NCBI GenBank assembly: GCA_964199315.1
Contig: OZ116698.1
Location: 44,392,001-44,456,000 of the forward strand
DNA length: 64,000 nt
DNA from: Orbicella franksi
Lineage: Eukaryota
Direction: 5' to 3'
Below, one piece after another: positions 1-10,700 of the stretch. Each line of letters opens with the position of its first letter. Position 1 is the stretch's first letter. Under the pieces are notes generated by a model. The model worked only from the letters and a program-made list of their open reading frames with translations, was not told where the DNA came from and did not search any database. Both the position numbers and the translations under genes were made by a program.

Positions 1-56
1 CTATGCTTAACAATTAATTTACTAAGTTTATACCACAAAGCAACTACTGTATATAA

Positions 57-589
57 TACAGGTGAACCTCCTGTAAGCTACCACCCAAAATGTCAAGCCC
101 AGGTGGGAGAGAGGGTCACTTACAAGAGCTCAGACCTTATTGGGTCAGAATTTTGCATCATTAGCACCTCGTCACTGCAGACATTTACCCCATGTTTTTA
201 ATGTTTTATTCACTTGTACATAAAGTTAATTTGGAGTAAAAATCTGGTATTTGCCATTGAGAAATTTCCATCTTTTGTACTAGTTAGGAATGCAATAATG
301 TTACAACACTTTATTATCCAATTTCTGCTCTATTATCTGTCAAGTGGTTGCTTTCGGGAGGTTAAAAACAAAAGAACAGTTCAAATTTTTAGCTCAAAAA
401 GTGGTAAGTGTCACTTACAGTTCCAAATACAGTGATTTGACTTGGAAACTTTTGGTATTTTGGAAACAACAACCACAACGACAACTTTTTTGATACTCAT
501 ACCTAGAATTAAAGTTTACCAAACTAAGTTTTAAAATAAGGAAAACTGGTCGCTGAGGAGAGGTGGTGGTAACCAAAGGTTCACTTCTA
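57..589. mobile_element. MITE with degenerate TIRs (Tc1/mariner-like ends) in a PRCC intron
   Basis: Left end TACAGGTGAACCTCCTGTAAGCTACCACC; right end GGTGGTGGTAACCAAAGGTTCACTTCTA; non-coding interior. Confidence 0.5.
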
Positions 590-660
590 CTTCCCTGGGA
601 AGGAACTGTTCCCAGAGTTCTGTCAGGTTGCCATCATTTCTTTGGTACCAAGTTATAAAA

Positions 661-725
661 GTGCTCCTGGGTGGAGAGAGGCACTGTGCTAGTTACATGT
701 ACATGTAAGTGTCTCTTCCAAGACC
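661..725 (-). mobile_element. Internal fragment of the same SINE family
   Basis: CCTGGGTGGAGAGAGGCACTGTG...AAGTGTCT.TTCCAAGA is the reverse complement of the central domain of the 31241 SINE. Confidence 0.55.
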
Positions 726-1074
726 TTGATCAAGGCACATATCTTAGCCCCTCCAGCCTGAATCCCAAGTACTGACCCTGTGACCATTATGTCGATCATA
801 TATGATTTCTTGGAATTTCTGATATTTCAAAGTACTTATGCAAGGCTCAGATTGACATGAACTTTCTATTTCTCTCAAGTGCTCACTTATGTTTGCAATA
901 GGTGATGTAAACAGACATTGCAAGCCATTTATAAGTGTCTCAACTTTTGTGTACATATATATACAGGTAGTGAACAGATATATCACTATTAGTGTGTGTA
1001 CCACAAGGACCATAAAGACTGATAAGAGCATTGCTATAGAAATCGTCTCTCTGTTTTCTTGTGGTTTTTTTCAG

Positions 1075-4000
1075 ACTGATTCTGATGAAGAAGATGATAT
1101 GCCAGCAGCAAAGACACTTGCACCATCGAAGGTAAGTCTTGTTAGAGTTGAATGAACAGTATTTGAGATCAACATATTACATATTTTTTCACTTTGGGTT
1201 TTGATTTGTCTTAGGGAGGATCAGGTCTCAAAGCCCTTCTTCCCAAACCAAAGCACAGCATCACACTGAAATCGGACAACCCAAACAAACCTTCAGTCAA
1301 ACTGGCAAGCAGGCCATTGATTCCACACACGTTGACAAAAAAGCCAACTACTGTAGAGAAAAAACCTCATAAAACATCAAAACCCAAGCAGGTTGAAGAA
1401 GCTACAAGTGATGATGAAGATGAACTTGTCAGCTTTTTTACATTTAATGACAAATCTGAGAGTGCCATTGATGAAAAAGACGATGCTTCCCAAAGTCATA
1501 TTTCTGAGTCAAACAGAAGTTTCATAGCTCCATTGGTAGAAAGTAAACATCCTTCAGTAGCATCCTCTTCACATGGCGAGATGTCACCAAGTACAAGCAC
1601 TTCCCATAGTAGTGGCAAGCATGTGACTGTAACACCATCCCCAGAAATAGTTGAGCCTATTACCCAGGCTCGTGTTGGAAGTGGGGAGAATCCAAGCCGA
1701 CAGGAATTAGAAACTAGGACATACTACTATGAACAACAAAGTGGGCAGAACCAGCAGTATGGAGGATATTCCAATGAAAATTATGTGAGTGCATCAATCT
1801 TCCAAAGATCTAGAGATGTAAGCTAAGAGTAACTAGCTTTTTGGTGACCGAGATCATGAAGTGATTTGGTTTCATCGAGTTCAAAATGGCTAATAGCATA
1901 ATACATGTATCTAAATGTACTAAATGCATTGAGCATGTGCGACCCCAGTTGTAGATTGTGAAGGTGGCATGGAGAAGTGAATAAGGAAATCTTGGATACC
2001 CTGTTCAAATCCTTCTCTCAAGCAGTACTTGCATCTGTTCTCCACAGTGCTCATTAATGTTTTGTAAATAGCCAATATCCTATTTGGAATATGCATTTGT
2101 TTGCAATTAGCATACCAGCAACGTTTTTAGTCAGAATGTGAAGTGGGTGTTCAAAATTTGCTACTACTATAGTTTGGCCATGGCTAACAATTTATGAAGC
2201 AGTGTAAAAAAAATCCTTTAGAAAGTGTGGATGCCAGTGAAAAATATAGCATACATTGACACTTAAGAATTCTTGTTTAGTTTAAGACCTTTTGGACAGC
2301 CAACATAATTTTTGCAGGTATTATGGCTACAGTAGGTGTGTATAGAGTGTGTCACACCTACGAGTTTATTGTCTTGTCATGTATCAGAAATGCATCTGTT
2401 GAGAACTGTACACACTGAATATATGCTACTACTTCTTAGCATCACCATCTGAATGATTTTATTACAGATGTAAGGTTACAAAAGTGAGAACACTATATTG
2501 AAGTCATGTACATTTGCATCTGCCATCTTTTTTGTTTTCTTCAGGCAAGTTATAGCTATGATGCTGGCAGCTCTTTTGTCAATCAACCTTATTACAGCCA
2601 AGAGACTGAAACTTACACCTACACCTACCCTACAGGGGCATCAGCAGTGGCACAAGCTCAAGGACAACAGGAGGAAACAGACCTTGATTTAGAGAAGGTG
2701 ATTACTAGCTCCTGTCAATGGTACTTATGTACACATATTGTATATACAGCATTCTTAACAGTCAAGCATTAAGCAGTCCCAGGCAGGGGACTCTGATAAC
2801 AAAAGGATGACATGGTGCTCATCGGTCCCTTTGGGGGGTTAAAAAAAGCACTTTTTGTACACGTTAAATTGCTCAGCCTCAAAAGGTCCACAGTGGAAGC
2901 TTTCGTGGTACCTTAAAGGGTATTGAGCAGAAAAAATATGACAGGAGATATTTGACAATCAACTAAATATGGTTAGAAGGTATTCAAAACAAGTCATTTC
3001 TTTTTATCACTATTAAAATTTACGAAATTGTCAGTTAATGTGTTTTTTTAGGGGGGGTTCTTTTCAAAATTTCGGACTTACACCTCCGTCTTTTTGACAT
3101 GGGAGTCCCCCCCCCCTCCGCCCCTCCCCAGATTGCAGGTTGAATGAGCAAATCTGTGGTTTGTCAGTTTAAAACCATGACCATAACAGCCTCTAAACTT
3201 AAATATGCTCATGAATTACATGTAGGAACATCCTGTAGAGCTCTACAGTGTAACTGTGTTAATACGATCACCAACAGGCCTTGAAAATTTGGCCGTATTA
3301 AAAGAGTGGCCTTATTAATGGGGTAGGGCGAAATTTCATGTCATTATGTACATGTAAAGTATTGTACAGTGCATGGAAGGAAATAATTTTACTGTGGAAC
3401 AATTAAACTTTTGTACGCCAGTCAGACCAAACTGTAAGGTACATGTATCCTCTTACACGGACGCTCTTTGGGCTGGTCACGCGTTCCTCCCGTACTTGAG
3501 GAAGGAAGATTGCGTGACAAGTGCAAGGGACGTCTGCTAATACATAAAGTTGCTTTCTTTTCTTTTACCTCAGTTACATAAACTCCAGGGAAGAAGGAAT
3601 CGTCGCGAGGAGATTAACATTGTTGATGTTAATGCTGCTGACCAGGTCGGAGACTCAGCGGCGATGTTGGCTAAATATGGAACAGAAGAAATTGCATACG
3701 CACCTTCAAGGGTAAAGGAGATTTTGAAATTCGCTTTCCGTCTTATAATATTTTGAAGTCAGAACTCGCCAAAAATTCTTCTGTCGCATCATTGAGCTCA
3801 TCGTTGATGATTGCTGGTCACATGCTGCATCTCTGCTAAACAGTAGTCCTTTTGGATCCTGCTGGCATGTGGAGTTCAAGCGAGGTCACATGACCACGTT
3901 TCCCATAAAATCCTGATAGGCATTTCCGAGTTACCATGTGCCTCTGTTTCAAAACGAGGCCTCGCGCAAAACCTTTCATGTGAAAATGAGTTTGATTTAC

Positions 4001-4442
4001 AAGACAATGAAATGGCCAAGTCCTCGAAAAGTGGTTAATAAATTTGCGTAAAATTGTTATTTCAACTTACATGTTCTTTAGACAATCTACAGTTATGTAA
4101 TATTAACAAAGTTGGATATACCATTATTTCTTCTCTTACTTGCTTGTCCATGTACAGAAAAAGAAAGACATGCCAACAAGTCAGCAAAGAAGAAAGCATC
4201 AGATCACTTATTTGGCTTTTCAGGTAAGTTGCATTTCCACCCAGGAATTAGGTGTATAATGAATACGGCAAATCAGCCTTATAAAAGAAATAAATTATAC
4301 CGAGTAGAACTGAGTCCAGCCAAAAGATCTGACTTTCTTTTATTTTACACCGCAGGCTAAAGAACGGGAGCTGGAACTTCGTCAACAGTGGTCAGCCAAC
4401 CGGCAGACTCGCAGACAGACTCAGTCAAAGTATGGGTTTTAA
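1075..4442 (+). CDS. PRCC: Proline-rich mitotic checkpoint control factor PRCC, 3' six coding exons (5' end lies upstream of the window)
   Basis: GT-AG exons in continuous phase 0: 1075-1131 (TDSDEEDD...), 1215-1784 (GGSGLKALLPKPK...), 2545-2697, 3574-3711 (LHKLQGRRNRREEINIVDVNAADQ...), 4158-4223 (KKKDMPTSQQRRKHQITYLAFQ), 4356-4442 (AKERELELRQQWSANRQTRRQTQSKYGF*). The C-terminal RRKHQITYL..QAKERELEL...QxKYGF is the PRCC family signature. Confidence 0.95.
2778..3120. mobile_element. MITE (GGGGACTCCCA..AAAAGGA terminal family)
   Basis: Left GGGGACTCTGATAACAAAAGGATG versus reverse complement of right end GGGGACTCCCATGTCAAAAAGACGG. Ends are related to 11475-11878. Confidence 0.6.
3458..3538. mobile_element. 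Short palindromic MITE remnant
   Basis: Imperfect arms GACGCTCTTTGGGCTGGTCACGC / GCGTGACAAGTGCAAGGGACGTC. Confidence 0.45.
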
Positions 4443-4574
4443 GGAGAAATACGTGCACAATGCGCATGTGTGCAGTGTATAGACAGTGATGCTTGATCTC
4501 AGGTAGATGTGCCTGTGTTTTTGGTGACCCGTTAGGCAGATGTAGCCTCTCAGAATGCAAAGTTACATGTACGA

Positions 4575-4580
4575 ATTAAA
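4575..4580 (+). terminator. Candidate PRCC polyadenylation signal ATTAAA
   Basis: First hexamer variant ~130 nt after the PRCC stop, followed by a T-rich stretch. Confidence 0.35.
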
Positions 4581-5217
4581 TGTCTCTTTATTTACTCGTG
4601 ACGTTGTAAATCCGCACATTGGGGTACAAACACCTATTGGGGGTAAAAAAAGAAACTTACTCTAGTTCCCTTAGGGCTGTAATGAAATCTGCAAATTATG
4701 TTAAAATTCGTTAACGAGACAGTATGGAATTGTAGGAGTCGCTCTGTAAGATACTCGTTCACGAATTGCAATAAAAAGAACAGACTTAAATGGTACACAG
4801 AATGAATTGTCTGCGTGAAAACAACAGTAGAAGTACAACGAAAGGTATGGTCAAACTTCCTGTGTAGCGAACACCTTTTGTTGATAAAAGAAAGTAGGTT
4901 CTGAAGAATTTTAAGAACTGCGTTCATTACCCAAACAATCTCAGTACAGATATTGTTGCGTTTAAGGTTGAATGTTTGATTTGGTTTACCTAGTCTGAAC
5001 ACTCGAACAGTAGCTAGGAATCGTGGGACCGAGGCCGTGAGAATATAGGCATCATGTTAAGTGGTGTTCAGTATATACTTTATTTTATACTTTATTTGGA
5101 CGAAATGTTTATTTACAAATTCGAATCGTTTTGTGATCTCCAAACAGCGTTATCATGAAATTAAACCACCCCTTGCAGAGTACGACCTACTTCGTGATGT
5201 AATTTGTGATAATCGGT

Positions 5218-5396
5218 ATTCTCTATTTTCCAATTGCCCATTATGCACTCTGTTTGCCCCCCAAATTTTGCATAAACTATTGTTGTGAAATACTCTTGGG
5301 AGGTCTGCATATTCTAAAGAGCATTTCACAACAATAGTTTATGCAAAATTTGGGGGGCAAACAGAGTGCATTATGGGCAATTGGAAAATAGAGAAT
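5218..5396. mobile_element. Fold-back palindromic MITE, ~80-bp near-perfect arms
   Basis: ATTCTCTATTTTCCAATTGCCCAT...TTGTGAAAT is mirrored by ATTTCACAAC...ATGGGCAATTGGAAAATAGAGAAT around a ~20-bp spacer. Confidence 0.85.
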
Positions 5397-6434
5397 TGAC
5401 AAAAATTAATATTTTGCCGACACGGAACAGAGAACTGGGTGCGAACGTAGTCCGCGAAGGTTCATGGGAGTACGTTTGTAAAAAGAGACGGTTGAAAACC
5501 TTGTGACGTTTTACGGTCAGCCTTGCCACTAGCACTTTCGCATAAGGTTTATTTTCATTATGTAATTAGCGTTATATATCAACCTTAAAACCCCAAAGGT
5601 GGTGCCACTGCATTTGGTCGGAGGAGGACGGTCACGGGCAAGAGGTTTTTGGGGTTTACGTGCCCGGCTTTGGGGCATGTAGGACGTTATTTGATGTGTC
5701 CCTTAACCACTTTGCTGTAAGCTTATTGTCACAATTAAAACATATCTTGGGCCTGGCTGACCAACGCGGCCATGCCTCAACCTTTGAGCGTGTTCGATTG
5801 TGTAGTGAAGGGAAAATCAGTAGTTTTGCTGAAAACAAACGAGTTATACTGTTCAGCAGATCATTCAAAATTCATATTTTAATGTATGTTTACAATAACG
5901 TAAAAATAAATGGCCCTTTGACCTTACTGAGATGCTCTCCTATAATGAAGAAATATGTTATGAAGAGGTGTTTTAACAGTTACACTTGCGCAACTATTTT
6001 AATTATAAATGTTTTGGATTAATGGATAAGAAACTATTCACTGAGCATTAAGAAGTGAGGCTTCAATACGGACAAACTGGGGAATATCAGGTCTACTGTT
6101 GTCAGGTTGTATGTCAAGTTTCGCACGTTCCTCTCGATTTAAAAGAAACAATAATAGATTGAATCTAAAAAGACCACAGTGCGCCCTTAAAGTTGTAATA
6201 TCTTCCATGCGAGTGAATGATCAATGTTATCCAGAACATTATTCCATAGTACATTACTTTACCTCCGATGAAACAAGAACTGACTTCACTGCTGTGAATT
6301 CTATTAACAGGGTGAAACTCCTACAGGTAACTAATATCCCACCGCACACAGCTTCAATCCCACCTTCCTCAATTCTCCGAGCGTTTCATGCGAAATGAGC
6401 TCGTTATACGGCCAATCCTCACTTTCCCCAATTC

Positions 6435-6490
6435 CCACCCCCACCCCCACCCCCACCCCCCACCCCCCACCCCCTCACACACACACACAG
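6435..6490 (-). repeat. (GGGGGT)n G-run tract followed by a (CA)n microsatellite
   Basis: Plus strand CCCACCCCCACCCCCACCCCCACCCCCACCCCCC then CACACACACAC. Confidence 0.9.
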
Positions 6491-7321
6491 TCGTATTTGT
6501 GTTTCACTAATCTCTTCTGTATAAGCTATATCCTTTATCTCCCGGATCTTTAGCAGTACAACTCCGGGATTTCTCCTCGCTAAATCACGGTATTCACATA
6601 ATTTGAAGTACAAAATATACGAGACAGTCGATAACAAACTTGTTGCATGCTTATCTGGCAAAAGTACGGAAGCCGAACACGAATGAAATGCAAAACTCAC
6701 GAGCAGAGCACGATTGATTGTCAAGTACTCGTGACTAACGAAAGTATTTTACAATAATTCACGGTTTTCGTTTCACTTGTTTACCCTATCGTATTCTTTT
6801 ATACACACAATAAACAATTCTAGCCAATGGCAGTGCACGTACTATCCAATCTGTGTCATGAGGCGGCATAGAAGGTGTAAAATCGTTGCTCGTGTTTCCA
6901 ATTCATTGGCCCTTTTCATAGTCAGACATGCATTAACAGAATTGACCCTTTTCACAGTGAGACATGCATTAACATAATTAACTGAAGAGATATTTTGTAA
7001 ATTGTTTGCTTGTGACTGCTTAGAACGCAGTCTAAAATTTAACATTTAATAATAATATGTAGTGAATATTTATGATAAAAACATAACATTTCTAGATTCC
7101 TTAAAGCACTCAATTCAATGCCACCAATGGGAACAAAACAAGCCGAAATTGAAGAAGTGTTACCCCGGCAAGAGTTGCCACAGGTGACCCAAACTTGCGA
7201 TGAACTTGTTGAGGTCAACTCCTTTGTTTCTTTGTCTGTTTGCTGGTTACAAGACACAGGCATACCCAAGTTGCGCAGTCTTCACACGGCTTGGAAGGTA
7301 ACTGGCGATCGTCATTAATTA

Positions 7322-7331
7322 TTTATTTATT
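7322..7331 (-). terminator. Candidate thrombospondin polyadenylation signals (overlapping AATAAA)
   Basis: TTTATTTATT on plus equals two AATAAA on minus, ~380 nt after the stop. Confidence 0.35.
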
Positions 7332-7706
7332 ATTTCTAACAACAGCCACGGATAGATATTCCCATCAATCCAGGATTATGCTTTCGAGATTTTGTCTCGT
7401 ATTATACCGTGCCGCGGAACGTACAGCATTTAAAAGTCTAACATGGGGCTCTACACACCCCTAGGCTGCAGTTGCAGCGTTTAGATTTTGCGTTGAGCAA
7501 GAAAAGCATGCGTTATCTTTAACAAATTGTTATCAGTTAATAATGCCTCCGGTATTCGGGCCATTGATATTTCCACCATCCTGTGTGGAAAGTAATAAAT
7601 TGTACACAGTGTTCAGGCTCGAAGTCCTAAGTCGGGACGGGAAGCTGTGTTTGGTATGCTCCACAATGAAGCGCTACAGATCAGCTTTCGCTGACTGGTT
7701 CTCAGA

Positions 7707-10700
7707 TTACAGAGCTTGAAAGTCATCCGGGACGTGCTCTGTTGAGAAAGAGAGAGTTTCTCGTTAGTAAACTCTTCTTTCGCTAAACCACGTGATCCGT
7801 CAAGGCAATAGACGCCACATGTCAGTGGATCACCGTGAATAACATCAAGGTATTAGTTGCAACATGGGACTTATTGCACTACTCTCGCACAATCAGACTT
7901 TTGTCGGGTGTAACATAAAAAGAAATAATGGCTGGAACTATCGCAAATTATGAGTCTCACTTTTTTCTGTTATGAAGCACAAGGGAAGCAACGAGACCAA
8001 CAAAAAGCGTGTAATCCAAGTGTTAGCACAAGAAACAATATAAGTCTAATAGCAGATCAAGTGAATATTTTCAAAAAGCACTTACCGCTACATCGGTAGG
8101 ACAACTTATGCCAGATGACTTTACCCTGAGAAAACACGTACATCCCAAGCCTACCGCCTCTCAGGGTCTTGTCAATTATATATCCTGTATCCACCACTAT
8201 CTCAGCCTCAGAGAAGACTAGCAATCTAAAAAAAAATGCTGATAAATGTAATTTAACAATTGTGAGTTTGTGAGAACAACACGCTAGGGACTTGTTCTGT
8301 CAGTTCGAATAAAAGAGTAACAATGAATTTTGAGCGCTTGGCAAAACTTTCAAAGGAATATGAGCGCTGAAAAGTTAAATTTTTTTTACTCTGGAATACT
8401 CTTTTCTCAGGTATTGATAATGAGTGCCAATATATCAAGCACTCTCATTGGTTAAACAGTGTGCCTATACAAAGCAGGCAGCTTACGAATCATAACGCCA
8501 TTTGCTCGTGTTTCCCTTCCTCACTTCCTCTTCCTTTGACTTCCTTTCTTGTCGTCAGTCATTTTTACTGAATGAGGGACATTAGACCAAAAACAGAGAT
8601 TTATTTTACCTTATTAGTCCAACAGCAGGTCTGTGCATCAACTTAAAGTCGTAATCTGTTTCGTCTTTCCATCCTTGGAGCTTGGTGTCTCGCCAAATTT
8701 CTTTAACCTGAATATAATATCAATTAGTTAAAACTACTTTTTCTACGATTCAACGCTTTCAAACTGGCCAAGGAAGGTGAGGATGTAATCACCATTTAGA
8801 AAAAATTGTTTATGTACTTCTATTGTGTTCACGAGAAACATAGGCGAGTCCTTAATAGTGATAATAGCAATTTATTTTTGTTTTGTATACCGTGATAAAT
8901 GCGGTTGCGAGCCCTGGTCTTATACATCTTTTTTCACAGTAGGGTTTGTTTGAGACTCATATCCGAAGAGTGGTGAGAGGGATGAAGTGAGGTTATAGGC
9001 AATATTAACAAAAATACGTTTTGTGATGTGTTGTTATCATGCTGCTCAATAAAACATGTATTTTTTCTTTAGGCGGGGTGGGAGACAGGCAACAACATAA
9101 TAGATTAAAAACGTAATACGCCATTAGTTTTCAAGCCCAATGTCACACAATGGTAAGTTCTGCAAAATGGGTGTCGAATTTTTAGATCGTTAGTAATCAA
9201 GATAGTGCTTAGTGGAGTTTGAAGTGTTAGCGAGAGAAAGAATAAGCCAGCCAGTTGCCACTCGCCTGTCCTTTTACGTCACCGGAATGCCACAATGCAT
9301 TTCTAAGATCAAATCCTGGACCAGTTTCAGAATCGACCAGCTGAAAGAAAGAGAAGCAAAAAACTGGGATAAGCTCCGATGTGCATGATGAGTCCTTTGG
9401 CCTGACGCAGACTTTTAGCTGGTTAGAATTACCTTTATTTGTATTCCTCGAACTGCCACAGCTCTGGTCGGTTTCATTTCCCAGTAACCCTGGTCACTCT
9501 GTTTCCAAGATATAAGGTAGAACTGTCTGTTGTTTTGGTAACTGAACACGAGTCCTACGAAGTCATCATCGTGTCGTGTTCCCACTCGAAGTGTTCCATT
9601 AAAATCCACACCGTTGAACGCAACATCTCCTGCAATATAACAACGTTTTGGTGAACCCCTGGAAAGTTTATGTGAATGGATAAAGAACTAGTAAATTGTA
9701 AAGCTATAGTTTTACTTACCAATAGCAATTCCGGGATCGCTGTTTTCTTCTTCTGTGACTTGTGTTCCCTGCAAACGAACAAATACTGAACATTGAATAA
9801 ATGAACAAAATTCTCATGTCTTGCAACTTCTGAAAGGGTAAGAAATGTTCCAGGCTTCATGTTCTGAAGATTGTTGTGCAATCCTCGACACCGCCTCTAC
9901 GCCTTTCCGTCCAACCTTTAAAAGACCAAGACGTCCATGCATGGTGAGTGAAAAAAAATTAAACAGGAAACATATTTTTCGCTTTCATTTTGATTTTCAT
10001 TGTCAGATTAACATTGTTTAATGCTCTTTTTGCTTTTAGAACTATTGTATTTTACTCGCTTGTTTTTCATGTTGTGATTTAGCAACAGATATTGCTAAAC
10101 AGGACCTAATTGAATAACAGAGTTCACGAGAGAGCGATCAAAGGACAGTCGTATAATTCATCTTCAGGATTAATATGAATTTGATGAGTTAATTTATATT
10201 ACTGACGGGTGACGAGCTCTATGTGTGATCCGGGGCGAAAAGGTAGGGTCTAGTTTTTGCTCCCAGGCTCCACGCTAGGGTTGCTAAACTTTAAGGCTCT
10301 GGGAGATGGAAATCTTGGGGTAATGGGTTCAAGGCCCATACAGGCATCGATATCGTCGATTAAAGAATTACATCTTGTCATTAAGTAATTCTTACCGTTG
10401 AGTCAACAGCCCATATAGGGGGCTTGATCTTTGACGAGGATTCAAATGGACTCAAATCGACAGTCTGCAACCTGCTGAAGTCTGTACGGGTCACGTGATG
10501 GTTAATCGAACAGGCATCCTCGTAATCTGTGACCTTGTCTCCATCAAAATCGCCATCACAGGGGTCCCCTAAGCCATTACCTGTGGAGAGTAGAGAAGGG
10601 CAAGTTGTTTTATGTGCCATCATAGTTAATACAGGGGACTGGTTATGAAGCCCGGCAAACATCAAAGGAGCAAACAAAGATGCCAAGATTTATGTTGGAA

